NCBI GenBank assembly: GCA_964474225.1
Contig: CAYYSM010000001.1
Coordinates: 1 to 36,131, forward strand
Length of the DNA stretch: 36,131 nt
From: an uncultured Hyphomicrobiaceae bacterium
GTDB taxonomy: Bacteria; Pseudomonadota; Alphaproteobacteria; Rhizobiales; Rhodomicrobiaceae
Direction of reading: 5' to 3'
The notes beneath the pieces were generated by a model. It worked only from the letters and a program-made list of their open reading frames with translations. It did not search any database and had not been told where the DNA came from. Both the position numbers and the translations under genes were made by a program. Positions within the stretch are counted from its first letter, which is position 1. The number at the start of each line of letters is the position of its first letter. Shown here in pieces: positions 1 to 9,397 of this stretch.

Positions 1-1949
1 TAGGTTCCTTCAGGCAGCCCTCTATAGTGATAGTTATCAGTGTTCCAAGTGGGAAAGGTAAAGCCCCCCCCAGAAGTAGTTGTATCCGCCATCGTAAAGG
101 CCGATGCGCTATCGTAGATCTTCTCTAGCGTAACCTGGACATTGGCATAGCTAGGTTCCCCAGCATCGCGCTGACCGTTGCCATTGACGTCGTTCCACAC
201 ACGACCGCCAAGGCCATTGGGATACGGACAGTCTTCGGGGCGGAACACATCCCAACTATAGGGACATTTACGTGCAATCGGTTCTATTGGCCAGTTCTCA
301 CTTAGATTCCCCCCAGGATAAGGCTCAGGCAGAATATAGCGCGAAGGCCAACCTGATGGCAACTTATAATAACCTCGCCAACCAGGAACTACCAACGACT
401 CCATATGGGGACTTTTAAAGGCAAGCTCCAGGCGATACAATGTATCATAACGGTATTCGGCGGCAGCAGGAGTCGTATGCGCGGCAGGGTGAAAAAGGGT
501 GCTGACAGTCCCCCCCTCGAAACATTCCTCAGCATTGGGTTGACCACTCGAATCGATAGATTGTAAGGCAGAGCTGCACGTGTTCTCTGGCTCATAAGGA
601 CGCCACTCCTCAAAATCCCAATGCTCGTTTGCCATAGCAAGAATAAACTCACTCGGTTCATAATACCACCTATAGATTGAGCCGTCTTTATTCCAGCCCC
701 CATTAAAGGGATATTCGCTTATATATGTCTCCTGGCGCACATAACTGCGCACGGCACGCCACTGATTCGTGCCCCCATACGGAAGCCACGCCAAAGCCGA
801 TGTGTCATACCGACCATTAACATGATCCGTCATAAAGGGATTCACAGCAATGCCTGCCGCTCGCAAAAAGCCTGATAAAACACCCGCCTGCGACTGACAA
901 GCTGTGCCAATCTGTGTACAAGTATGACCAGGAGGACAAATCGTACACGTATGGGTCTGGCCAGTTTGGTCATTTGTACAATCCATCTTTATCGTCTCAA
1001 ACATCTCAAGCTCACGGTAATAATCGCCCTGACTCCAATTGACGCGCGCGTGCCGGTCGGCCTGAGCCGATAACGCATTGTAGGCTTTTTCTTGGTCCGT
1101 TTTACCATGGATCATAGGCATCACAAGATCAAGTACATATTTTTTGTATTGATCCGTCCAAAAAGCCAGTTGCCATCCATTCGTCCGATACTGTATATTA
1201 CCATTATCATCCCGGTAAGTGTCCTGTCGATATACCATCCAAAGGACAGCAACCTCGTCGCGCAAATCCTCTGGATCATCATTGTATAAGAAGGCGTCAA
1301 TTTCTTCTTGGGATAAATCGGAAGGGATTTCAAAAACAACGTAAAGCGTGAGTGTTTTGCTCACCCCGCCCACAGTTATGGTTGCGTAATAAATGCCAGT
1401 CCTACCATTACTCGGAACTGTCACGGTCCATCCCCCTTCGTAAGGATCAGGAGATGCACTATCAGCCGTGGGAATGCCATTTATCTGACCATTTCCATCA
1501 ATGCTGAGCGTACCACTGATCGGCCCCCCAACGTGAAAGGAGTCGCCTCGCCGGACCACAAGTGTGTCAGTAATCAGATACTTATCGCCAGCCTGTATCA
1601 TCGGCAAATAAGCAGGGTCATTAACACGAAAGTATTGTTTGGTCTGAAAATCATCTTCGTAACGCACATAAATTCCCGGACTCCATGGATCCAAGGGGTT
1701 GGTATCAAAGAATTTTTCCTCACCATCTGTGAGACCATCATTATCTGTATCTGCGTCATCGGGAGAAGTCTGATATGGCCCCCCGGCATTGTTGTACCAC
1801 CCCTCGGTCTCCAAATCATTCAATAGGCTGTCCCCATCAATATCGGCGGCAATATCTTCCCAATCTTGCGCATACGTTGGAAAGGTGGCACTAAAAACGT
1901 AAAAAACTATCAAAGCTATAGCTAATAACACTTTTGATTTGCAATTCAT
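1..1949 (-). CDS. Secreted transglutaminase-like surface protein with Asp-rich Ca-binding (TSP3-like) repeats and an SdrD B-like domain; 3' end lies outside the window (>=649 aa)
   Basis: Not in the ORF track; translated by hand. ATG at 1949 follows GGAGGAGAGG, and the frame is open to position 1. Signal peptide MNCKSKVLLAIALIVFYVFSATFPTYA. DIDGDSL and DTDNDGLTDGEE motifs. Transglutaminase-like motifs LVVRRGDSF and GTACQSQAGVLSGFLRAAGI. SdrD B-like GGRVWNDVNGNGQRDAGEP...LPEGTY. Confidence 0.85.
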   Translation of the reverse strand, partial: MNCKSKVLLAIALIVFYVFSATFPTYAQDWEDIAADIDGDSLLNDLETEGWYNNAGGPYQTSPDDADTDNDGLTDGEEKFFDTNPLDPWSPGIYVRYEDDFQTKQYFRVNDPAYLPMIQAGDKYLITDTLVVRRGDSFHVGGPISGTLSIDGNGQINGIPTADSASPDPYEGGWTVTVPSNGRTGIYYATITVGGVSKTLTLYVVFEIPSDLSQEEIDAFLYNDDPEDLRDEVAVLWMVYRQDTYRDDNGNIQYRTNGWQLAFWTDQYKKYVLDLVMPMIHGKTDQEKAYNALSAQADRHARVNWSQGDYYRELEMFETIKMDCTNDQTGQTHTCTICPPGHTCTQIGTACQSQAGVLSGFLRAAGIAVNPFMTDHVNGRYDTSALAWLPYGGTNQWRAVRSYVRQETYISEYPFNGGWNKDGSIYRWYYEPSEFILAMANEHWDFEEWRPYEPENTCSSALQSIDSSGQPNAEECFEGGTVSTLFHPAAHTTPAAAEYRYDTLYRLELAFKSPHMESLVVPGWRGYYKLPSGWPSRYILPEPYPGGNLSENWPIEPIARKCPYSWDVFRPEDCPYPNGLGGRVWNDVNGNGQRDAGEPSYANVQVTLEKIYDSASAFTMADTTTSGGGFTFPTWNTDNYHYRGLPEGT

Positions 1950-2205
1950 TGATCCTCTCCTCCAGGCGGTCTCTCCATTACGTGTGCTCAACATTTTACC
2001 ACAGAGTTTTTCTCTTATTTCCCAACGATCGCTGCCGCTATCTGCATGCTCTGCGGTTTAAGTGGTTATTACTCCTCCAACCACTGCTGGCTACTAATGC
2101 TTACGGGAACAGTAAACACCACCAATTGTCTAAAGCAATTAACTCCCAGTATCATTGTAGGATAAATTCGTTTGATTATTGTCTACCAAAAGTTAAAATC
2201 CCCTT

Positions 2206-2251
2206 AAAAAGTAAAACACCAGGCTTTTTCTTGACTTACAAGTCTGGTGTT
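2206..2251 (-). terminator. Probable intrinsic terminator at the end of the glycan cluster
   Basis: The minus strand reads AACACCAGACTT-N13-AAGCCTGGTGTT followed by TTACTTTTT, about 40 bp past the last stop codon of the cluster. The stem has one mismatch and the loop is long. Confidence 0.5.
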
Positions 2252-2292
2252 CACTTCCACTTGTCCAACCTTACACATTGACGTTGATTTGA

Positions 2293-3627
2293 TTACACGA
2301 AATCTGGTTTTACCTCCGACACAATAAAACGATGTTTACCGGCAGGTGTTAGGTCTATATGATCTACAACTTGAACGGAAACTTGCATAGTATCCCCAAA
2401 ACGCGCCTGGACTTTTTGTAACACAGCTTCTAACCAGGCGTCGCTGACCGCTTCTCGGCACACCAGGCGCACTGTCACATGATACCTATCTGGTTGATAT
2501 ATCTGATAACGCACAACTTCAGGCTTTACTCTAAACGTATAGGCGAAGAATTCCCCATGGACAAACTGATTATCTGCGGTAACCAGGTAATCGTGCGTGC
2601 GCCCCACAATCTCCTTCAAGACGGGCATCGCCCGACCACAGACACATTTTTCCTCATCGTAAATCGCCAAATCCTCGATTTTATAACGAATAAAGGGCAT
2701 CGCGAACTGTGTCAGGGATGTGATAGCAACTTCGCCCAACTGCCCAGGTAACACTACTTGTCCATTCGCAATAATCTCCAGGTAACGAGTTTCCGCAATG
2801 TGCACCCCACCGTGTTCACACTGATAACCAATGGTTGCAAACTCACGCGAGTTATATTGCTCGGCAACGGGGCACTCGAAAACTTCCTCCAACAATTCAC
2901 ATTGTGGCCTGGTCAACTTTTCCGCTGTCGTCTCAATCAATTTCGGGCGAATGCCAGTAATATGCTCATCTTTCAGAAATTGCGCAAACAAAGCGATTGC
3001 CGATGCATAAGCCTTAAACATTGCCGGCTTCCAACGGATCAGCATGTCGGCAAATTCACGCATTTTGGGCTCAGTCAAAGCAAAGGCATTCAGATAACGC
3101 CGTTGTTTCAAATGTGCGCGCCAGCGCTTTTTTAAGCTCCAGTCCGGCATATCGCGGGGTGCCCCCCATACCCAAGCCTCTTTATCCCCCGGCTGAACAC
3201 CATACCACCCGCGACTGCGTGTCTCAAGGGCAACATTCCAATGCCACCACGAGGCCTCTCTAAAAAAGTGTATCGGGCGACCGGTAGATCCCCCAGTCTC
3301 ATTAGGGTACATTTTTTTGTCAAAATCGCGGGAAGTCAAATCATCCAAATTTTCACGCACATCGTCTTTCGTTAAAAAAGGCAAGGCTTGAAAATCTTCC
3401 CAGCTTTTAATATCTTCAGGGTGAATATCCTCACGCTGATAGCGTTTCCGGTAATAGGGCACTGACTCATAGGCATAGGCGACCATCTGCTGTGCTTTTG
3501 CAAGCTGCCAGGCATCCAAATCGGCTTTCGACCAACTTTCCATAGATGTCAATTCACGTAAATAGCGCCGGGTTTCACGTTCTCCTGGTAAGAACAGGCG
3601 TAACATACGGTACAGTTTGGAATACAT
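2293..3627 (-). CDS. Phenylacetate-CoA ligase family / CapK-like adenylate-forming enzyme
   Basis: Motifs AYESVPYYR, LPFLTKDDVR, TGGSTGRP (P-loop), YNSREF, MPFIRYKIED, GRTHD and the terminal TPAGKHRFI. RBS AGGAGGAG. Confidence 0.85.
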   Translation of the reverse strand: MYSKLYRMLRLFLPGERETRRYLRELTSMESWSKADLDAWQLAKAQQMVAYAYESVPYYRKRYQREDIHPEDIKSWEDFQALPFLTKDDVRENLDDLTSRDFDKKMYPNETGGSTGRPIHFFREASWWHWNVALETRSRGWYGVQPGDKEAWVWGAPRDMPDWSLKKRWRAHLKQRRYLNAFALTEPKMREFADMLIRWKPAMFKAYASAIALFAQFLKDEHITGIRPKLIETTAEKLTRPQCELLEEVFECPVAEQYNSREFATIGYQCEHGGVHIAETRYLEIIANGQVVLPGQLGEVAITSLTQFAMPFIRYKIEDLAIYDEEKCVCGRAMPVLKEIVGRTHDYLVTADNQFVHGEFFAYTFRVKPEVVRYQIYQPDRYHVTVRLVCREAVSDAWLEAVLQKVQARFGDTMQVSVQVVDHIDLTPAGKHRFIVSEVKPDFV

Positions 3628-3686
3628 ACGCTCCTCCTGATCTAATATAATTCAGGTATAATGACTTACTAACGCTCTGCCGGTTT

Positions 3687-4721
3687 TTAGCTAAACGGCT
3701 CTCCGTAAAGCTGTGACAAGTAATCAGCGAGCGCTGCATAACTCGCTTCGTCAATTTTGCGCCCGGCTGAATAGCGAAAGGAATCTGGCACTGGTTTAAT
3801 AATCTCAGTGGGTGCATTGTGTGCTTGCATAAAGCGCACAACCCTATCAATCTCCTGCCGGGGGTTTTGACATAAATCCTGATAAAGGACTGTCAGAAAT
3901 CGCGCGTCCCCCAGAGTTTGACAGGCCACATCAATGCTCCGCTCGACATAGTATACTTGCTCACATACTTGTTCAACAAGGCCCTTCTGTTTGATGGCCT
4001 GATATTCCTTGGGTTTTACTGAAAACCAAAACGCCAAAGGGTCCTGACAATCTTCCTTCTGAAAAGGGAACGCCTGTGTCCTGGCCACAAAAATGGACTG
4101 TGCGACGTCCAACCGGTCCCTAACACACCTGATAAAAATAGCCCTGGGAAATATTTTTGCCAGCGCTTCGATGCGCACACTATGTCGAATGCACTTATTC
4201 ACAAAAGGGCGGTCAAAGACACGTTCAATCCCGGCCACAGAACGATAGACAACTTGGCAATCTTGAGTGGAGAGATAACCGGGCGGGACCGCGTGCAGAT
4301 CTTCAGGAAATCTCTGATCCCAAATGGCATGCGCCTCATGCGGTCCGCCTAAACCCTGAGCAAAACCATAGTAACTCTTAAAACCATCCCCCTGTAAACG
4401 ATTCACCCGCAAAAGTTTTCCTAGCACAGCCGAAAACACAGTAATCGGAGCGCCATCTCTCGCACACATCCTTGCCGCAAGGTTGGTAAAATAACACGTC
4501 GTCAAATGCGCCGTCATAAGCTGGTATAGGAGTGTCGTACCAGACCGCGGGGGTGCGACAATAAAAACTGGCGCATAACGCAAGCGTAGTGCTGGCCACA
4601 GCTTTTTTTCCATGCCCGCCAGTACATCAAAAGTGGTCAGAGCAACTGGCTTGAGAATTTTTTTCGCCGTTCTGATTGTCGAAGACACTTTGTTTCCCTT
4701 GCCCTCCATAGCAGAGATCAC
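3687..4721 (-). CDS. PAPS-dependent sulfotransferase (Sulfotransfer_3-like)
   Basis: 5'-PSB loop PVFIVAPPRSGTTLLYQL, 3'-PB motif FIRCVRDRLDVAQS, and YQDLCQNP. The exact start is uncertain. Confidence 0.85.
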   Translation of the reverse strand: MISAMEGKGNKVSSTIRTAKKILKPVALTTFDVLAGMEKKLWPALRLRYAPVFIVAPPRSGTTLLYQLMTAHLTTCYFTNLAARMCARDGAPITVFSAVLGKLLRVNRLQGDGFKSYYGFAQGLGGPHEAHAIWDQRFPEDLHAVPPGYLSTQDCQVVYRSVAGIERVFDRPFVNKCIRHSVRIEALAKIFPRAIFIRCVRDRLDVAQSIFVARTQAFPFQKEDCQDPLAFWFSVKPKEYQAIKQKGLVEQVCEQVYYVERSIDVACQTLGDARFLTVLYQDLCQNPRQEIDRVVRFMQAHNAPTEIIKPVPDSFRYSAGRKIDEASYAALADYLSQLYGEPFS

Positions 4722-4723
4722 TT

Positions 4724-5950
4724 CTAGTTGCGCAAGTTTGAGAACATTCTTTTAGCAAAAGCCCACAGCAAAGACAGCGTGGAGGCCACGCCGGGACGCC
4801 AATCCTCCCAAGAGTACGTCGCCCACATCGTTTCGCCACGTAGAGAACGCAGCCATTGCCCGAAGGTCAACTCCCCGCGCTGCCGGTACATCCAGAAAGC
4901 GCGAATATCACGCTGCAGCTCCACCCAATTCACACCCTCACGATATTTTAAGTGTGGCTCAACTGGCAAATGTAATGTATCCCGATAAGCAATATAAGCC
5001 GTATCCACACCGCATTGCCGGCCCAACCCATCCCATAGGCCAAAACGCGTGTTAAATTCAATCAGCTTGTACCTACCATCACGCGGGTCCTTTTTGAACT
5101 CAACGCCGCCCAATCCTCGATACTGAACCGCCGTTAAGAACTTTAGCGTTAACGCTTCTAGCTCTGGATCATAAAAACTGCGCGCATAAGAGGCGGATCC
5201 AAAGCCAATAGGAAGAACGCGCAGCTTGCACCCCGCGAACATCGCCAGCGGTTTTGAGTCACGATCAAGATAAAAGCTGATGTAAGTCAGATTTCCATCT
5301 GGGCCAGGGATGGTTTCCTGGACAATCAGGCGGTCATCAAAGCGCGCGATTTTTTGATATGCGTCCAATAACTCACCCTCGCCTTGACACGGCCACACTT
5401 TCGCCTGGCCGCTGATGGGATTCTCCCGCAACATACTAACTATCTCTGGTATATACCAATACTCACTTTGTATGGGCTTGATAATAACAGGATAGGTGAG
5501 TTGTGACGCCATAGAAGTCAGCTCAGCAGCATTATGGGGTATCACGGTCTGCGGCGTAGGGATATCGCTGGCTTGGGCCATACCATCCAGGCCCTGTTTA
5601 GTCAAAAGATTAGCCAAAGTCGTATGATCCGGCATTACAAATTCATAATAAGGCTGTAGTCGCGCGCGTTCGCGCGAACACAATAAAACCGTACCATCAT
5701 TGATGGCATACAACACTGACTTGTGCTCCAACTGCTTCCCAAAATCCACCAGAAACGCAATGAATGCCTCTGGCGAAGTCTTCAGATCAGGACTCACTAC
5801 AAGCTGACAATATTTTGATTTTCCCCCTGCTTCTTTGGGGTCTGGGTCCACGCCATAGACCGGGACCCCACGCTTCCCCAAAGCGCGCGCGATATCAAGC
5901 CCCAAGCGCACATTCATAGGTGTTATCACAGCCGGTGTTTTATGATTCAT
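4724..5950 (-). CDS. ATP-grasp carboxylate-amine ligase (D-aspartate ligase-like)
   Basis: Motifs YPVIIKP, IVQETIPG and VEFKKDPRDGRYKLIEFNTR. The ATG at 5950 has RBS GGAGGGAGG and overlaps the upstream stop (TAATG). Confidence 0.85.
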   Translation of the reverse strand: MNHKTPAVITPMNVRLGLDIARALGKRGVPVYGVDPDPKEAGGKSKYCQLVVSPDLKTSPEAFIAFLVDFGKQLEHKSVLYAINDGTVLLCSRERARLQPYYEFVMPDHTTLANLLTKQGLDGMAQASDIPTPQTVIPHNAAELTSMASQLTYPVIIKPIQSEYWYIPEIVSMLRENPISGQAKVWPCQGEGELLDAYQKIARFDDRLIVQETIPGPDGNLTYISFYLDRDSKPLAMFAGCKLRVLPIGFGSASYARSFYDPELEALTLKFLTAVQYRGLGGVEFKKDPRDGRYKLIEFNTRFGLWDGLGRQCGVDTAYIAYRDTLHLPVEPHLKYREGVNWVELQRDIRAFWMYRQRGELTFGQWLRSLRGETMWATYSWEDWRPGVASTLSLLWAFAKRMFSNLRN

Positions 5951-6984
5951 TATTGATATCCTCCCTCCCATGCAGATTCTGACACGCACAATACAGATAG
6001 CAACGGCCGATGGTCAGAGCCACCTGCTTCCTTAAGCACCCATGTACGACATGCCGAAAAATGCTCGCTGTAGAAAACGTAATCAATGCGCACCACAGGG
6101 CCTGGCAAAGGAAGTCCCAACTTTCTGGTTGCCGGATAGCTAAAGCCAAATCCCCATCCGGACGTCTGAAAAGCATCTAGCAAATGTTCGCGCAACATCG
6201 CATAGCTTTGAGATTGATCGGTCGTGTTAAAATCTCCCACCACCAACAAAGGTTCTTCAATAGCAGCGATTTCGTCCGTCAAAGCTTTTACAAAACGGTA
6301 CTGTTGCTCCAAGTTTCTCTTCCAATGACGCGGAAAAAGCGTAGGCGCGTGGACATTCAAAAGTGTAATGGTTCCCTGCGGATGATGCACCAAAGCGGCC
6401 TGATAATGGTAGCTGTACTGATCGGACAATAATTCCAGCGGATAACGACTTAAAAGGACTTGCCCCTGCAAAGAAAAAGAAAGCGTATTGTGAGGATAAC
6501 GTTCTTGTAATAACTGCATTGCGTCAGCCATCAAAAGTGAGTGAACCTCTTGTAAAGCGACGATATCCGGATTTTCGGCCAAAATAACAGCAGTGACAGC
6601 AGAGGCATCTCGATTGTGCTGGTGAACGTTAAAAGACATCACCTCAAGTTCAGGCCCTTGAGCTTTTGCCGGCAATTTAACAAAAAGCGGCATCAGACGT
6701 ACGGTAAACAAGAGCAAAACCAGCAACAACATCCACCGCAATATGCGCAAATGCATCAGCCAGGCCAGCCCAACAAGAGGCACCAATCCAAGCGCAATCC
6801 ACGGCATAAAGTACGTCACGACAGCTACAGGCCACCATTGCTCACCAGGCCACATTTTCAGAATATGCCATAATAACAACCAAATTGCCATCGCCCAACT
6901 CAAAGCCCTAAACGAATTCTTGGCAAACTTGTGAATTTGACTCAGGAATGAAATGTTTACTGATTTATTCACGACACTTTTCAT
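5950..6984 (-). CDS. Membrane-anchored endonuclease/exonuclease/phosphatase (EEP) family protein
   Basis: About three N-terminal hydrophobic helices, then intact catalytic motifs SFNV, DIVALQEV, NVHAP, GDFN, RIDYVF and GSDHRP. Confidence 0.85.
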   Translation of the reverse strand: MKSVVNKSVNISFLSQIHKFAKNSFRALSWAMAIWLLLWHILKMWPGEQWWPVAVVTYFMPWIALGLVPLVGLAWLMHLRILRWMLLLVLLLFTVRLMPLFVKLPAKAQGPELEVMSFNVHQHNRDASAVTAVILAENPDIVALQEVHSLLMADAMQLLQERYPHNTLSFSLQGQVLLSRYPLELLSDQYSYHYQAALVHHPQGTITLLNVHAPTLFPRHWKRNLEQQYRFVKALTDEIAAIEEPLLVVGDFNTTDQSQSYAMLREHLLDAFQTSGWGFGFSYPATRKLGLPLPGPVVRIDYVFYSEHFSACRTWVLKEAGGSDHRPLLSVLCVSESAWEGGYQ

Positions 6985-7056
6985 TTGCCCAACAAACGGG
7001 GTTTTGCACCGAATAGGACGGCCAAAGCACTCTGTATAGCGGCCAAAGCGTGCCGC

Positions 7057-8079
7057 CTACCAAGACAGAAACCGGCGTGCAATCTGATAAGCATATTTGC
7101 TCACCTGAAAGGCTACAGGATGATGAACACAGGTGTTTCGGCCATAGTTAACCACAGTCCCGCCAAACTTGGATTTGAACTTTCGTGGACCATAGTCTTC
7201 TCCGGGTTTACCAGCGCCGCCAAAATCGAAATACTTGAAGCCATTCTGAGCCCCCCACTCCAAGACGTGCCAATTCAGCAGGTCATTGGGCTTGTACTTG
7301 GCATATTTCATAATACTACCGGCATACCATGCATAGATTACATCCTTGTATAGCAAACGGAAAGCAACTCCAATACAGGTATCTTTTACGTAAGCCTCAA
7401 ATAAAGCAATCATACCCTGCGGGTATAGAACGTCAAAAGCAGACTCAAATAAAGAGAGGGGCGCCAAGGGGACTGCGATGCGCTCATATACGCTTGCGAG
7501 CACGGCATAAGCGGCAGGCACCTCATCCAATACCGTGACTTTTTTAATCGCAACGCCCATCCGGCGCGCTTTTCTAACATTGGTCCTAACATTACCATCC
7601 ACACTGCTCCAAATTTCCTCTGCTGGCCTTTCTAGATCAATGAGAAAATTCAAGTGTCCCTCGTAATCAAAACCGTTGTCTTCAAGAACTGACTGAACAG
7701 CACCTAAATCAGATAGATTGCGCAACTCGGTAAAAAGTGTACCACCTTTTGCCTCGCGATTACAAGTCTGCAGAAGCTTGGTCAGGGCTTGCTGGCCTTC
7801 CTCAGTGGGCGCACAGAGTACACTGCCATAGGCAGTAGAGCGCGTGGTCAGAAAGCGTAACAAGCCACCTTTCAACGTAATTCTTACTGACGGCAATAAA
7901 GCTAATACCTCCCCATTTTTAGTGGCCGCCCACAGCTCTGGGCGATGTCCCTCAGCACGGCGAAAAACCTCAAACATCTCTGGGGTATGAAATATATTGC
8001 CTTGCGAATGTTCATCCACAAACTCCTTCCATAGAGATGCTTCTAACTGCCGCACAATCCTCACCTTCTCTTCACGCAT
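7057..8079 (-). CDS. FemAB-like GNAT (putative aminoacyl-tRNA-dependent transferase)
   Basis: Motifs WKEFV...GNIFHTPE, IDLERPAEEIW, RTNVRKARRMGV, LLNWHVLEWGAQNGFKYFDFGGA and FKSKFGG. The ATG at 8079 with RBS AGGAGA is preferred over the TTG at 8094. Confidence 0.85.
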   Translation of the reverse strand: MREEKVRIVRQLEASLWKEFVDEHSQGNIFHTPEMFEVFRRAEGHRPELWAATKNGEVLALLPSVRITLKGGLLRFLTTRSTAYGSVLCAPTEEGQQALTKLLQTCNREAKGGTLFTELRNLSDLGAVQSVLEDNGFDYEGHLNFLIDLERPAEEIWSSVDGNVRTNVRKARRMGVAIKKVTVLDEVPAAYAVLASVYERIAVPLAPLSLFESAFDVLYPQGMIALFEAYVKDTCIGVAFRLLYKDVIYAWYAGSIMKYAKYKPNDLLNWHVLEWGAQNGFKYFDFGGAGKPGEDYGPRKFKSKFGGTVVNYGRNTCVHHPVAFQVSKYAYQIARRFLSW

Positions 8080-8102
8080 AGCTCTCCTAAGCAAACTAAA
8101 TG

Positions 8103-9293
8103 CTATTTTGTACCCAGCCGCTCTACAAGTGCAACGTATTCAGCACTGACATCAGTCCAATTATACCTTCGATTAAACTTTTCACTGCCGCGTGCTAACT
8201 CCGTCAAGCGTTCTGAATTCTCATATAGCATACAAATACAACGGGCCAAATCGTCCACGTCCTCCGGTTCGAAGAATTCTACCATCGTGTCCTTAAAATA
8301 AGCCTCAATCGCCGTCGTACGCGCGGCAATCGCCGGCAAGCCTAACGCCGCATACTCCATCAACTTGGTTGGCAACAAGCCATCTGTAAACACATCGTTG
8401 CGATAAGGAACGATGCCCAAATCAGCCGACAGAATAATTCTCGAAAGTGCTTCAGCCGGACGCTTTGCCTCAAATATCACATAATCCTCTAAGTCTCGCT
8501 CTCGAACCATATCTACCAGGTCAGAAACATAGTCCCCAGCCCCCAACAAAATCAATTCAATGTTGGGAATGTCATGCCGAACGCGGTCTACCGCCTGAAT
8601 CGCCAGATCTAAACCATAGCGATATACAATCGTGCCGTGGTAGATCAAGCGGAACCTATCTATATGTGCTGGAGGCTCCTGAGCAGGTGGGTGGAAAATA
8701 TTCGTATCCGCTACGTTCATGACCACGCTGCACTTTTCAGGGGGAACACCGCGTTCGATCAAGGACTGTCGCCAATGCTCACTCACCGTAATCACATGAT
8801 CTGCAAAGCGGCAAGAGAGGCGTTCTTGCCAGAGAACAAAGCGCCTTAACCAGGTCTTATTATTTCCAAAACGCCCGGCATAAAACTCGGGCATAAGGTC
8901 ATGGAGGTCCAAGATAATAGGAAGTCCCATAAGCTTGGGGATAACGGCACAGAAAACCAAAAAATCTGGCAAATTATGCACTTGTATCGTATCATAACGC
9001 TGGGACAGGTGCAAGCGCGTCAAAGTCCACAACGCTAGAACAAAAAAATGGACATAATTCAAGAGTTGCACAAATAGCTTTCCCTTTTTACGTTTTACCG
9101 GCAAACGATATATCTGGACAGAGCGGTAACGCTCCTCAGGAGATTCTCCAGGCCCTCTTAAGCACAGGACATCCACATCGTACCCCTGAGCGACTAAAGC
9201 TTCAGCCTCGCGCTGAACACGAGTTTCGGCAAGAGGATAATAGGAAATGACAACCATACAGTGACGCCAGGACCCTTTTGCCTGTGTCGACAT
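8103..9293 (-). CDS. Glycosyltransferase family 4
   Basis: RVQREAEAL, LDLHDLMPE, LIYHGTI and ADLGIVP...PTKLMEYAALGLP (GT-B motif). Confidence 0.9.
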   Translation of the reverse strand: MSTQAKGSWRHCMVVISYYPLAETRVQREAEALVAQGYDVDVLCLRGPGESPEERYRSVQIYRLPVKRKKGKLFVQLLNYVHFFVLALWTLTRLHLSQRYDTIQVHNLPDFLVFCAVIPKLMGLPIILDLHDLMPEFYAGRFGNNKTWLRRFVLWQERLSCRFADHVITVSEHWRQSLIERGVPPEKCSVVMNVADTNIFHPPAQEPPAHIDRFRLIYHGTIVYRYGLDLAIQAVDRVRHDIPNIELILLGAGDYVSDLVDMVRERDLEDYVIFEAKRPAEALSRIILSADLGIVPYRNDVFTDGLLPTKLMEYAALGLPAIAARTTAIEAYFKDTMVEFFEPEDVDDLARCICMLYENSERLTELARGSEKFNRRYNWTDVSAEYVALVERLGTK

Positions 9294-9397
9294 ACGCCCC
9301 CTTTAAACACACCCACCTAAGACTAAAAATAAGTTACTACTAAACTTATGCGCAACTTTCCAAAAGATGGCTGTCTGCATATTAACATAATGATTCA

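Noticed and set aside
389-2281. Short track ORFs at the left end (389-703, 1092-1289, 1121-1339, 1533-1826, 1598-1819, 1934-2281)
   Set aside because: They are shadows of the long minus-strand ORF at 1-1949 or intergenic chance ORFs, with no recognisable motifs.
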